Shown in pieces: positions 37,869 to 51,239 of a stretch of 55,335 bases of DNA (the first letter of the stretch is position 1; every line of letters begins with the position of its first letter). A program made the translations under genes and the position numbers. The stretch spans positions 56,604,840-56,660,174 of the forward strand of contig NC_068985.1 in the NCBI RefSeq assembly GCF_001194135.2. Reading direction: 5' to 3'. The notes below the pieces were generated by a model, which did not search any database, was not told the DNA's origin, and saw only the letters and a list, made by a program, of their open reading frames with translations. This DNA comes from Octopus bimaculoides (Eukaryota).

Positions 37869-38489
37869 AACAAAAACATAAAAAGCAAATCCGTTTCCCG
37901 CAGTACAGGCAAATTCCTCTCAGTGAACATATAGAAAAATGTGCAGATAACATCAAACCAAGTTTCACAGTCTTCCCCTTCTATCGGTTCAAAGACACAA
38001 TCTCTCCACAAGAACGTTTAAATAAACGAACTTTTTTCATTGAAAAATAAAGAACACGTCTTAATATGCACGCATAAATACTTTTATCTTTTTACATATT
38101 TCAATTCACGATTACATCACCTTTATTTTGTGTGTGTGTGTTTACACAATATATATTCCCCTCCTCTTACCGAAAGCTGAACAGTTATCGCCCTTGCCCA
38201 CAAAAACAACAACAATAATAACGATAACCAATTATCCCCCCTCCTTAATCTTCAACTTGTGAAGCCATTCACTCGTAAATATCATCATGCACAACACGGA
38301 CAAAAAATTCTTCTTAAGGAAATACATATTCAAATAAGTAAACCATAATATCATGAATAGCGAAAGCGAAACCGGTCGATATATTAAAAATTATATTCTA
38401 TGTAAAGTGTGTATATTTTCCCTTTTTTAAAATTTCTTATATATATATATATATATATATACATATACGTTTGTAATTCGCCTTTTGGT

Positions 38490-38765
38490 GAAACATTACA
38501 GAATTAGGAGACCAAATGTTCTGAGTGGTGGATCATGCCATCCATTCTTGCGTCATTTGAGCCTCGGGTGATGGCACATTCAGGAAACGAAAGAATTCTA
38601 AATAACCATGCTTAGCTTTCAAATCCACAATCAGAGCATGCCTTTTCATTAGTAAGCATGGGCCTGCCATTGTTAGTTTTTTGAAATAGAAGTTGAAAAA
38701 AAAATTAATCAAATAAAATATTGACTAAAGATGCATGTGTCTTCCAAAATCGTCTGCACCCTATA
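38490..38765 (-). mobile_element. Internally deleted Tc1/mariner (maT/DD37D-like) 5' fragment
   Basis: Terminus tatagggtgcagacg; minus strand MKRHALIVDLKAKHGYLEFFRFLNV joined to TQEWMA...NIWSPNS. Confidence 0.6.
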
Positions 38766-39000
38766 TATACACACACTAGGCTAGTATCTAGTCGTTGCCG
38801 GGCAATTTTTACAATAGAATGATTTTATTTTTTTTCGTTCCATGTGGGACAATATCTTCTCTGGCAGATAGGCCTCATGATCAGAACAGATTTCTACATT
38901 GTTTGGGGAAATTTACAATGTACTGGTAAACTAAGATTTTTTTCTTCCATTTGGTGGATATTAATCTTTTATTGTTTTATTAATCTTTAATTCTTTTATT

Positions 39001-39179
39001 TTTTTTCAGTCATTTGTCTGCGGCCATGCTAGACCACCGCTTTTAGTCGAGCAAATCCACTCCTCTTTGTAAGCCTAGTACTTATTCTATCGGTCTCTTA
39101 TGCTGAACTGCTAAGCTACGGGGACGTAAACACACCAGCATCGGTTGTTAAGCGCTGTTGGGGAGACAAACACATACAC

Positions 39180-39214
<35 letters not shown>

Positions 39215-39259
39215 CAAACACACACATACATATATACGACGGGCTTCTTTCAGTTTCCG
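39001..39259 (-). mobile_element. SINE-B lacking its tRNA head
   Basis: 3' half, (CA)n, then tacgacgggcttctttcagtttccgt, interrupted at 39260. Confidence 0.85.
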
Positions 39260-39749
39260 TGTAATACTTTGGTATTATGATTCTAATATATTCTTTAGTC
39301 TTGTAAAACAAATCTTCTGTGTTTTTTCATCTTAAATATAAAGATTTTTTATATCTCGCTGTTGATGCTACGNNNNNNNNNNNNNNNNNNNNNNNNNNNN
39401 NNNNNNNNNNNNNNNNNNNNNNNNNNNNNNNNNNNNNNNNNNNNNNNNNNNNNNNNNNNNNNNNNNNNNNNNNNNNNNNNNNNNNNNNNNNNNNNNNNNN
39501 NNNNNNNNNNNNNNNNNNNNNNNNNNNNNNNNNNNNNNNNNNNNNNNNNNNNNNNNNNNNNNNNNNNNNNNNNNNNNNNNNNNNNNNNNNNNNNNNNNNN
39601 NNNNNNNNNNNNNNNNNNNNNNNNNNNNNNNNNNNNNNNNNNNNNNNNNNNNNNNNNNNNNNNNNNNNNNNNNNNNNNNNNNNNNNNNNNNNNNNNNNNN
39701 NNNNNNNNNNNNNNNNNNNNNNNNNNNNNNNNNNNNNNNNNNNNNNNNN

Positions 39750-40787
39750 TGGTTGAATATATACGGAAAGAAACAAGATGAAAAAACACAGAAGATTTGC
39801 TTTACAAGACTAAAAAATATATTAGAATCATAATAGCAAAATTATTAAACAATATTGTACAAAATAAGACTTTTCTTCTTTAAACCTAATAACCGGTTTT
39901 GCTATCCCTTTTCAAATTTTGAGTCTTGGATGCAATTTTGAATTAGACATTTTGTTTGCAAGTGGGGATAATTATTAACCAAGGTATTTTTCAGTAAATG
40001 GGAGGTAAATCTGTAATTTTTAATATTAGCTTACGTTTGATTGCGGTTTATATCTTACAATAGATGGGGTAAATCTTTAATATTCAGTATGGGTTTATAT
40101 TTAATTCTGGTTTATATTTTGCGATAGGAATCTTCTTTAGTGCCTTTGGTTGTTTACTGCTTTTACTGATTTTATGGGTACGTAGAATTTCCTTCAGTCC
40201 TTATAGAGTATTGGGAGATTTTGTACAATTCTGTTAAATGCTTCTTTGTTTTAGGGGTTGTATGTCGAGATATAAGGTAGTGTTTTCAGAGTAGGTGTGT
40301 TATTGTTTTCGACTTTTCTTAATGTTTTTATGGCAATCGATTTTGCACGCCTAATCCCTTCATTTATGAGTTAAATTGGGTAGTGTCTGTCCTGGAGTAC
40401 GTATTTAAGCTCTTGCAATCTTAGTTATCTGGTATTTGTTTTGGACACTATCGTGCAAATCCTTCTTGCAAGGATTATTTGTTTTGATATGTCTCGAGTG
40501 GCGTGAGCTAAATAATAGATATTGTTTAGCGTTTGTGGTTTCGTAAAAAAATATACGTTTCTATCTTTTGTTCATTTTTTAAATCAGTACACCTAGGAAT
40601 GGGAGTTCCTCTTGGTTGTGTTCCATTGTAAATTGTATGTTGGTATTAATGCTATTAAGGAGTCTTTTGAACTGCAGGAGTTTATCTATGTTTTCATTCC
40701 TGAAGAGGAGGCAGTCATCCAAAAATCTCTTCCAATTTTCTTTATGTATTGGAAGAGAGGGTTTCCAAATTTTGAAAATGACTCCTA
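39750..40787 (-). mobile_element. Penelope-like element RT and downstream region, pseudogenised
   Basis: WKRFLDDC (40714-40734), LLNSINTNIQFTMEHNQEELPFLGVLI, QYLLFSSCHPRHIK, LPYISTYNP; may continue past the gap to ~41760. Confidence 0.88.
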
Positions 40788-41947
40788 NNNNNNNNNNNNN
40801 NNNNNNNNNNNNNNNNNNNNNNNNNNNNNNNNNNNNNNNNNNNNNNNNNNNNNNNNNNNNNNNNNNNNNNNNNNNNNNNNNNNNNNNNNNNNNNNNNNNN
40901 NNNNNNNNNNNNNNNNNNNNNNNNNNNNNNNNNNNNNNNNNNNNNNNNNNNNNNNNNNNNNNNNNNNNNNNNNNNNNNNNNNNNNNNNNNNNNNNNNNNN
41001 NNNNNNNNNNNNNNNNNNNNNNNNNNNNNNNNNNNNNNNNNNNNNNNNNNNNNNNNNNNNNNNNNNNNNNNNNNNNNNNNNNNNNNNNNNNNNNNNNNNN
41101 NNNNNNNNNNNNNNNNNNNNNNNNNNNNNNNNNNNNNNNNNNNNNNNNNNNNNNNNNNNNNNNNNNNNNNNNNNNNNNNNNNNNNNNNNNNNNNNNNNNN
41201 NNNNNNNNNNNNNNNNNNNNNNNNNNNNNNNNNNNNNNNNNNNNNNNNNNNNNNNNNNNNNNNNNNNNNNNNNNNNNNNNNNNNNNNNNNNNNNNNNNNN
41301 NNNNNNNNNNNNNNNNNNNNNNNNNNNNNNNNNNNNNNNNNNNNNNNNNNNNNNNNNNNNNNNNNNNNNNNNNNNNNNNNNNNNNNNNNNNNNNNNNNNN
41401 NNNNNNNNNNNNNNNNNNNNNNNNNNNNNNNNNNNNNNNNNNNNNNNNNNNNNNNNNNNNNNNNNNNNNNNNNNNNNNNNNNNACGCACGCCTGTTGCAA
41501 GAATTGAATCAAGTCTCATAACCTAATACTAATAATGGTTGCTGTCACAGATTTTGAAATTTAAAAATTAAGTCAAAATTTTAAAAATTGATATATTGAT
41601 CTACTTTTCCAAGTTGAATCTAATTTTGTAATTCGTGTATTGAAGAAGCTTAGAATGATAGTACAGAGTATTTAATTTTCATAATTTTTATCCAGTCGGA
41701 ACACAACATTTGGAAGATGGAATTTTCTGCATGATAACTGTCTATCAAAATATTAAAGTACATTACAAGACTTTTAAAACAATATGAACGCAATTACATG
41801 TCATATATATATATATATGACAGAAGGTTTGAAAATGCAATTTTAAAGATGTTTATTCACTTGACCTGTTTCACGTTTTTAGAAAAAGGTTGTCAAAAGT
41901 ACAATGTAAAGCTTTGTATAAGCTTGGCTGTCACAAAAGTATGAAAA

Positions 41948-42133
41948 TACATATATACATTCTTTGATAATCATAACAAAATGTAAAAAACAGTTTCAGT
42001 ATTAGAATACATATATAAAACTACATATATATTCTTTGATAATAATAAGAAAATGTTAAATACAGTTTAAGTATTAAACTACATATATACATTCTTTGAT
42101 AATAATAATAAGAATATGTTTAAAACAGTTTAA
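41948..42133. repeat. AT-rich minisatellite, 3 copies of a ~58-74 bp unit
   Basis: tacatatatacattctttgataat...aaaatgt...acagttt starting at 41948, 42022 and 42080. Confidence 0.8.
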
Positions 42134-42366
42134 AAGAGAGTATTCAACAGAAAGTGTTTGGCAGTATATATATATACTCCGGAGATATATTTAAGAATTT
42201 ACAAAAATTTGGAGAGAAAGTCCACTGTGTTGTTTGTTTGTTCGTTCGAAGATCAAACTCACCACAAAACATGTATTTTAAACATTTCTGGATGCTGCTG
42301 TTTTATTAAATATTCCTATCTTGTGGTGGTTAAAAGCATGAAATGGGTAGTAATGAACAGACACAA

Positions 42367-42393
42367 CTGATGAGCGAATCTTCTTCATTTCGC
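42367..42393 (+). ncRNA. Candidate hammerhead ribozyme, 5' core and stem II, truncated by an assembly gap
   Basis: CTGATGA followed immediately by GCGAA-tcttcttcat-TTCGC; N-gap starts at the next base. Confidence 0.35.
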
Positions 42394-42669
42394 NNNNNNN
42401 NNNNNNNNNNNNNNNNNNNNNNNNNNNNNNNNNNNNNNNNNNNNNNNNNNNNNNNNNNNNNNNNNNNNNNNNNNNNNNNNNNNNNNNNNNNNNNNNNNNN
42501 NNNNNNNNNNNNNNNNNNNNNNNNNNNNNNNNNNNNNNNNNNNNNNNNNNNNNNNNNNNNNNNNNNNNNNNNNNNNNNNNNNNNNNNNNNNNNNNNNNNN
42601 NNNNNNNNNNNNNNNNNNNNNNNNNNNNNNNNNNNNNNNNNNNNNNNNNNNNNNNNNNNNNNNNNNNNN

Positions 42670-42728
<59 letters not shown>

Positions 42729-43419
42729 GTGTGTGTACGTGTGTGTGTATGTATGTATATATAGCTATACATGTGTGTGTGTCTATGTATCAGTTTGTAT
42801 GTATTCACACTCACACATATTAACATCGAGTTCTCATTTCTAACGCATTATGAGAATAATCTTTAATTAAACATTAATTGCAAGTATAAATATAATTATC
42901 TCATAATTATATTTATTATAATCATATTTATCTTAATCGAAACCGACCGAGCTCTACATATGTCTTGAATATAATTAATTTCCCCATCTCAATTTAAATG
43001 CATTTCACCATTACATACCTAGAGCTCGCCAAATAAAATAAGATATATATTGACGTGTAGATTTATTAATTAGGTTAAAATGTGTCACAATTAAACCTTA
43101 GTTACTAATAAACACCTTTTCTTTTGGAAATTTAAGAGATATGAGGAAATAGGTTTATAATGACAAGGTGTAGATTTATTGAAGTACACTGCTAAGGTGT
43201 TACTAATTGCATTTTAATTGCTGTGTCGGATTAAATTGTGTATGTATATCTTTATTAAAGATGTTACGCTTAAGAAAAAGAACGATTGCAAATGAAACAA
43301 AGCCTATCTTTGGTCGTTACCAACTTTGTTATTATTAATCAATGCATTTCTGTATACTTATTAATGGTTCCGCTTGGTGCGGTTAGTGATATGCATTCTC
43401 TAAGTAAAGGGGAACCAAT

Positions 43420-43547
43420 GACTCCAGGACTTATTCTTCGTAAGCCTAGTACTTATTCTGTCGGTCTCTGTATGCCGAACCGCTAAGTTACGGGGAAATA
43501 AGCACACTAACATCAGTTGTCAAGCGATGATGCGGGGGACAAACTTA

Positions 43548-43611
<64 letters not shown>
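43420..43611 (-). mobile_element. SINE-B 3' half running into (CA)n and a gap
   Basis: ccaggacttattcttcgtaagcctagtacttattc...gccgaaccgctaagttacgggg. Confidence 0.85.
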
Positions 43612-44536
43612 NNNNNNNNNNNNNNNNNNNNNNNNNNNNNNNNNNNNNNNNNNNNNNNNNNNNNNNNNNNNNNNNNNNNNNNNNNNNNNNNNNNNNNNNN
43701 NNNNNNNNNNNNNNNNNNNNNNNNNNNNNNNNNNNNNNNNNNNNNNNNNNNNNNNNNNNNNNNNNNNNNNNNNNNNNNNNNNNNNNNNNNNNATATATAA
43801 TATTTAGAAATAGGAAAAAGAAGAAAATGAGAAAAAAAACATGCAGACATCAGTTTATTTAAAGATATTCAAATCGATACAATGAAATTCCAATCCTACA
43901 ACCGTTTCCATATCCAATTAGTTCAATTACAGAAATTAAATCAAATTAAAGAAAGTTACATTTCAACGTGTTGGACTACCTACGACAAACTCAGATGTGT
44001 GCGCTTTAGAATGTGTGCGTTGTTTTAAAAAAAAACCGTTATTTTCATACATATAGACAAATACGTTTGATATATTTGAGCACGTGCGTATGCAATACAT
44101 GGTAGTTTGTATTGTGAACTGGTGTGGTAGTTAGTGTGAAAATGATGTTATAGGGAAAACGAGAGCGATTAAAGTGAGTGAGAGAGAGATGGGTAGAGAG
44201 AGAGAGATAGAGAGAGATAGAGAGGGAGAGGGGGTATCATTCATCAAGTTAAAATACTGAATAGAAAAAAGAATATGACTATCAAAACTGCTAGTTAATT
44301 ACCATATAATGGTATTGCAAACCGAGGATCCTGTTCAAAACGGGGGCACCAGTATTTTCTTAACGAAACACTTTGTAACTTGGGACACTGGTAGAATGTG
44401 TCATATAAAACATCTTTTTCTCTTAGTCTTCTTAACAAAAAAACGTACATCGCTAGTTATTCCATGTTAAAGTTGTCGTATTTCTGTAATTTCAACCAAT
44501 CACTGACGTCTATGCAGCTGAATAGAGTTACTGTTT

Positions 44537-45150
44537 GTTGGCCGGTCATAAAAATGTTATTCTCTGTGACATATTTCATCCGGTTTAATCGTAATTTATA
44601 CGCATATATTGTTTATATAATAAATTACGCTGTGCGTATCTATGTGTGTAACAATTTTAGAGTTCGGATTCTAGAGTTAGGGTTAGTTTTAGGGTTAGGG
44701 TTAGGGTTAGGGTTAGGGNNNNNNNNNNNNNNNNNNNNNNNNNNNNNNNNNNNNNNNNNNNNNNNNNNNNNNNNNNNNNNNNNNNNNNNNNNNNNNNNNN
44801 NNNNNNNNNNNNNNNNNNNNNNNNNNNNNNNNNNNNNNNNNNNNNNNNNNNNNNNNNNNNNNNNNNNNNNNNNNNNNNNNNNNNNNNNNNNNNNNNNNNN
44901 NNNNNNNNNNNNNNNNNNNNNNNNNNNNNNNNNNNNNNNNNNNNNNNNNNNNNNNNNNNNNNNNNNNNNNNNNNNNNNNNNNNNNNNNNNNNNNNNNNNN
45001 NNNNNNNNNNNNNNNNNNNNNNNNNNNNNNNNNNNNNNNNNNNNNNNNNNNNNNNNNNNNNNNNNNNNNNNNNNNNNGTTGGCCGGTCATAAAAATGTTA
45101 TTCTCTGTGACATATTTCATCCGGTTTAATCGTAATTTATACGCATATAT
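44537..45150. repeat. Identical 73-bp direct repeat (44537-44609 and 45078-45150) bracketing the TTAGGG run and gap
   Basis: gttggccggtcataaaaatg...tttatacgcatatat identical in both copies. Confidence 0.85.
44677..44718 (+). repeat. Interstitial telomere-type (TTAGGG)n, at least 5 perfect units, cut by a gap
   Basis: Perfect units at 44689-44718 plus one at 44677-44682. Confidence 0.9.
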
Positions 45151-45308
45151 CTACGACAAGCTTCTTTCAGTTTCCGTCTACCAAATACACTCACAAGGCT
45201 TTAGTCGGCCCGAAGCTGTAATAGAAGACACTTGCCCAAGGTGCCATGCAGTGAACCTGGAACCATGCAGTTGGGAAGCAAGCTTCTCACCACTAACCTA
45301 TGCCTGCA
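45151..45308 (-). mobile_element. SINE-B 5' half
   Basis: CORE-like tggcaccttgggcaagtgtc on the minus strand at 45227-45246. Confidence 0.88.
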
Positions 45309-45369
45309 CCTTTTAGTGGAGACTCAAAAAGGAAAACATAAATTGTCTATGAATAACCCTTTCTGCTAC

Positions 45370-45570
45370 AGGCACAAAGCCTGAAATTAGAGGGGAGAAG
45401 CTAATCGATTACATTGGCCCCACGGCTCACTGGTACTTATTTTATCACCTCTGAAAGAATGAAATGCAAAGTTGACCTCGGTGGAATTTGAACTCAGAAA
45501 GTAAAACCCGGAAGAAATGCTGCTAGTATTCTCTTCGGTGCGGTAAAAATTCTGTCAATTCGCTGCCTTT
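45370..45570 (-). mobile_element. SINE-A
   Basis: gcaaagttgacctcggtggaatttgaactcagaa. Confidence 0.82.
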
Positions 45571-45977
45571 GTATCTAGGATTAATGATAAAATAATATTG
45601 AATAAAAGTAGTTTATGCCAAACTGGGAGCCTCTATATGTTTGTTCCATTTGTTAGAAACAACAACCAAATTCCCTAAAAAAAAATAATGCCATGCTTGA
45701 TATTGTAGCTTTTGATTCACTGTTTGGATGAAAAACAAACAAAACAAAATCAAGCAATGATGTTGTTCACTACTGGAACACTTTTGTTAATAGGTTTGTC
45801 CGAACAAGGATGAACCGAGGTTAAAAACCATCCTCANNNNNNNNNNNNNNNNNNNNNNNNNNNNNNNNNNNNNNNNNNNNNNNNNNNNNNNNNNNNNNNN
45901 NNNNNNNNNNNNNNNNNNNNNNNNNNNNNNNNNNNNNNNNNNNNNNNNNNNNNNNNNNNNNNNNNNNNNNNNNNNNN

Positions 45978-46220
45978 TGTGTGTGTGTGTGTGTGTGTAT
46001 GTGTTTGTGTCTGTGTTTGTCCTCCCAACATCGCTTGACAACCGATGCTAGTATGTTTAGGTCCCCGTAACTTAGCGGTTCGGCAAAAGAAACCGATAGA
46101 ATAAGTACTAGACTTACAAAGAATAAGTGCTGGGGTTGAATTGGTCGACTAAAGGCGGTGCTCCAGCATGGCCGCAGTCAAATGACTGAAACCAGTAAAA
46201 GAAAGAAAAGAGTAAAAGAA
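45978..46220 (+). mobile_element. SINE-B 3' half, well preserved
   Basis: catcgcttgacaaccgatgc...ggcggtgctccagcatggccgcagtcaaatgactgaaaccagtaaaaga. Confidence 0.92.
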
Positions 46221-46300
46221 TATAAGTATATACAGCATGGGCCAAAAGTCATACACCACAACAATTGTATTTATTTAAGGTTTTTATTATAATCATTATT

Positions 46301-46518
46301 AGGTGGCGAACTAGTAGAATCTTTAGCACGCCGGGTGAAAATTTTACCGGTATTTTGTCTGATGCAACGTTTCGCCGAGGTCGACTTTGTTTTTCATCCT
46401 CTCGGGGTTGGTAAAATAAATACCAGCTGGACACAGGGGTCAATGTAATTCAACCATCCTCTCCCCCAAATCTGTTGCACTTGTGGCAAAATTTGAAACC
46501 ATTATTATGATTATTATT
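46301..46518 (+). mobile_element. SINE-A with the B-box region deleted
   Basis: aggtggcgaactagtagaatctttagcacgccggg...cgccgaggtcgactttg...tttgaaaccattatt. Confidence 0.82.
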
Positions 46519-47981
46519 CAGTTTGTTCTTCATGCACAAGTACGTATGTATTCATCATTATTATATTTAACTCTAGAAAACCTGAAGCATGCTTCTAACA
46601 ATTTCGAAGTGATTTTTACACTTGGTGCGTGACTTTCTGTACACCCTGTATTACAAATATATAAAGAAAATTGTTTCATTTTATATTATTTTAAGGCATT
46701 AAATATTTTCATTTTGAAAATTAATATTAATTTCATTGCTTTATATAAGCAACGATAAATTTAATAAATGCTAAATTATAATTATTGTTTGTAAGCCATA
46801 TTGTTTTATATTACCCATAGTGCGAAAAAAGTATACTTTCGAAGTTACTTGTCATATGATAGGTGACACTAGTTTTTTAATAATTCAACAAAACAGCCTT
46901 AGAGCCAACAGAACGATTGATGGATAACGCTTAGAGGGAAATCCTAAAGGATAAGTTATATATACATATATAACTTATATACATATGTGTGTATGTCTAT
47001 ATACATACGTGTATATACATACATACACACNNNNNNNNNNNNNNNNNNNNNNNNNNNNNNNNNNNNNNNNNNNNNNNNNNNNNNNNNNNNNNNNNNNNNN
47101 NNNNNNNNNNNNNNNNNNNNNNNNNNNATATATATATGTACATACGTATATATATTAGCTGACATAGCCGGTAATTCCCGAGAAATCGGGGTTTATTCCT
47201 TGCTTCCATTCTCATAATTGTTTCGTTACTCCAATAACAACAATACAAAGTATGTAGCCCTTAAAATGTTTTTTGTGCATTTACAGAGAATACCAAACTT
47301 ACACACGATCTTGTTTTTAGGAATTCTTAATAAGTTATGAATACACAAATTGTGAAGTCACTTATGTAATAACATGAAATTAGTTACCCTATAGTCAGAA
47401 TTCAAATAAAGTAGCCTCGAAAATGGTTTTAATTCATTCCCAGAATATATAAAACTTAGGAGGAGATACTTATAAGGTATGTATATTAAATCGTGAAGCA
47501 TGTTAGGTAATAACAGGATAATCAGATATGAGATAATAACAATTCAACATAAATCAGTCTGAAAAGGACTTTTGTGCGTTCCCAGAGAATATTACCCTCA
47601 GCTGCACTAGTGCTGATATATTCGTGAATAAGTCACTAACAAGAAATAAGGGGATCTATTGTTTAGGAAAATACTATTTACTTGTTTAAGGATTTACTGG
47701 ATAAATAGGGAAACTAACTCGAACAGTTCAAATACCAAGAAATAAGCATATTCAATTTGATTTATACCAAACGATTTAGGAAAATGAATGGGTTATTTCC
47801 CTTGGCTATAAATAAAGGATCCCTTTCAGGGGCCCTATTATCGATTTCTTTTAACAATCTGAGTATACCATGAGGTTTCCAGACACGAGTTCAACTCACG
47901 TGTCAAAATAGATAAAACGATATAGGAGTTAGATAACAACTCCACAAACATACCCAGACAGAATTTCCCATATATGTAGCA

Positions 47982-48030
<49 letters not shown>

Positions 48031-48072
48031 NNNNNNNNNNNNNNNNNNNNNNNNNNNNNNNNNNNNNNNNNN

Positions 48073-48136
<64 letters not shown>

Positions 48137-49495
48137 GTGTAATCATATATTCATATGCACATATGCACCTGTATATGCCCATATATAATTATTAATGTCA
48201 AAATGTACATGTATGTATAGGTGAGCGGCGAGTGCTAGGTAAATAACAAGGAAGCGATGTGAGGCTAAGTAGGTTTGTGTGAATAAAAGTGTGAAGTGTA
48301 TGGTGAAGAGGGCGTAAGCTATGTAAACAGCGTTGTTTGTGTGCAGTATAATTATTCACACACACATACACGCACACACACACACACACACACATACGCA
48401 CACACACACACACACACATACACGCACACACACGCACGCACACACACACACACNNNNNNNNNNGCGGGCTTGTACTTAGAGATATGTACTTTTCATGCAT
48501 GCTTCTGCTCATAACACACGAATACATATGCATACACTTAGACAAAGAAACGTATTCACATAAAATACGGCCATATATTTGTGTGCCTCTATGAATGTGT
48601 GTGTGTGCGTGTGTGTACCAGTGTGTGTATCAGTGTGCACGCGTGGGCGTGTATTTCTGTATAAATTACTGTTGAACTATAAATAAAGCTTAGAATGATC
48701 TCATACATTTTTGTTTCATGTGTCTGCTATGATTTCAATATTTCGTTGTTTGTCATTGAACTCTAGTGTTTGTTGATGCTACAGTTTTCAATATTCTAAT
48801 ACCGACTCTTGCCAAATGTTCTTCATGCCACTTGATTTTATTCGAACATCACTTGCTTTCTCTTAATAACCCACCCACACCAACTCACCCTGAGAGAGAG
48901 AGGGGGAGGAAGGAGGGAGAGAAAGAGAGTGAAAGTGAGAATGTGAGAGCGAGTGAAAGAGTCGGTGAGTGAGAGAGAAGTATGCTACAAAACATCTCAA
49001 CTTACGCATTGCAGATATTTATTGTCAACATACATTCCAGATTACGTCATATTGAGTGGAAAGCTTAAACACTTGTATCACACGATTAACAATTAGAGAG
49101 CATTTGACCTAGAATATTACGTCGGGAACAAGAAATCATCATTCTCGTCGACTCTCTCGTTTATCCTTTCTTTAGTTCTCACTCGTATTTTGTAGTTCCA
49201 TTAATTTCTGTCTGTCTTTCTGTCTGTATCTCCCCATAAACTACAAGTGCAAATATCAAGATAGAGCATATACTTGATGCAGCCATTACAGATGCCCACA
49301 AAATGTGCAGAAACGTCCAAACCCAAGGAAATTTAATTTTTTAGGCGGTGTTCCAGTATGGCTATGATGACTACAACAAAGTGGAGAAAGAGAACTTAGT
49401 ATATAATTACATATACATGCATGCATGCATGTATACGCATGTATATACATATATACATACATACACACATACACATATATATATATATATTATAT

Positions 49496-49618
49496 GCGCA
49501 GGCGTGGTTTTGTAGTATGATGTTTACAATCCGAAGATATGAGAAAGTGTTTTAAATACAGGCCCAAGCCGATCAAAGAGCGAGTTTGGTAAACGTAAAC
49601 TGAAAGAAGCCCGTCATG
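49496..49618 (+). mobile_element. SINE-B 5' half, internally deleted
   Basis: gcgcaggcgtgg...gtttggtaaacgtaaactgaaagaagcccgtc. Confidence 0.7.
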
Positions 49619-50799
49619 TGTGTGTGTGTGTGTGTGTGTATGCGTGCGTGTGTGTGTGTGTATAATTCATAGAAAACGAGAATTCATACATAGAATAATC
49701 AAATTATTATCATAGTCAATTTTTGTGAATTTAAAAATTTTTTCTTCTGTAGAGAAAATATGGAAATCTCCGTAGCGACAACTGGCATTTCAGAGGTGTA
49801 AGGTACTAATATTGAAGAAGAACCAACGATAAACACTAGTACATATACTCATGAAAAAATTCCATTATCCCTAATCAATATTAGTGGAAAAGTGGTGAAC
49901 TTTTGGATAATATATCCCTATGAAAGAAGAATTCTGTACATATANNNNNNNNNNNNNNNNNNNNNNNNNNNNNNNNNNNNNNNNNNNNNNNNNNNNNNNN
50001 NNNNNNNNNNNNNNNNNNNNNNNNNNNNNNNNNNNNNNNNNNNNNTATACATAGGAGAGACTACTTTCAAACTGAAAGTATTATCTCACATTACAATAGA
50101 TTCGTAATACTGAAATAGTGTAAGACATAAGAGATTGCTCTGGGCACGCATTAGGCAAGAAGTTGGAAATGTTTTGGACCCATGACACTGCATGGACCTT
50201 GGCTTTGGTATTTGACGACTGTTACTTTAAGTATTTTATTTCGATTTTATGTATATATGTATGTATGAGCCAATGAGGGAGACCTCTACATGGTAGCTAG
50301 ACCTCTTAGAGATAGCAGCCAAATTTCACTAAAAACAAACTACTGTCTTAATCTGACAATTCTGCCTATTATGTAGTTTGAACGAACAACTGTAACTAAA
50401 GATTATAATTATTAACCCCAAAATGTTACGTGTTTTAATAGCAATCAATTTTCTGTTTTATTTTTTGCGTAGCTTTTCATGTCAGCTGTAAAGCTGAAGA
50501 GGGTTAACTTGGACGGTGTTAAGTGGTGAAGATGTTCGGTGATTCTATGTTAGTTTTGACTGTTTCTTCTCAATAAGGATAATTGATTGATAACGAATCT
50601 TAATGAAATATATATATATATAGAGAGAGCTTCGAGTGGAATTGGACGTCATAAGACAGACAGCATAGCGATGGTTTTGGCTGACTCTCATCCTGTACTC
50701 CCCTTGTTGTTAGCGAAATGGTATGTGCCGTCTTTCTGAGCAACTAGTTGATTTTAATGGATGAACAGAACAAAAGATTACAAAAATAGCGATTCTCAC

Positions 50800-50956
50800 C
50801 TTGAAAGTAACTATTTTGAAAATCCTTTTAGATTACGGTACGCCCCACTCTATCATGTATCCATGTTTAAATTTTCAGCGCGATCGGTGAATAATACTCA
50901 AGTTATTACCGCACAAACAGATAGAGAAGCAGACAGGACGGATTTTATATATATAG
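50800..50956 (-). mobile_element. Helitron-like (DINE/HINE-type) non-autonomous element 5' part
   Basis: Minus strand ctatatatataaaatccgtcctgtctg...ataacttgagt...caccgatcgcgctgaaaattt; layout recalled for such elements. Confidence 0.4.
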
Positions 50957-51239
50957 NNNNNNNNNNATAGCTTAAGTGGGTGGAAATAGATATATTTAGT
51001 GAAAATCAAATGTAAAGAGACAGGTAAATGAAAATAATAACATTGATATTATTAACACTAACCATTCTTTGAATAATAATAACAATATTATTATTTCTGA
51101 TATAAATTCAAACTGCATTCGTTTCCTTAGCAGTAATTCTAAGACTAGAAACTCTGTTTATCAATGTAAAATTACTTCCGGTTGACGTCTTTTTTCTTAC
51201 ATAGGTAGTTCTTCATCTCAGTTGTCCAAAAGAATATCT

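Noticed and set aside
44677-44718. True telomere or chromosome-fusion site
   Set aside because: Short, one orientation only, and flanked by ordinary repeats on both sides.
50046-50107. YIGET as a GIY-YIG endonuclease motif
   Set aside because: Five residues next to a gap and (TA)n, with no supporting downstream motif.
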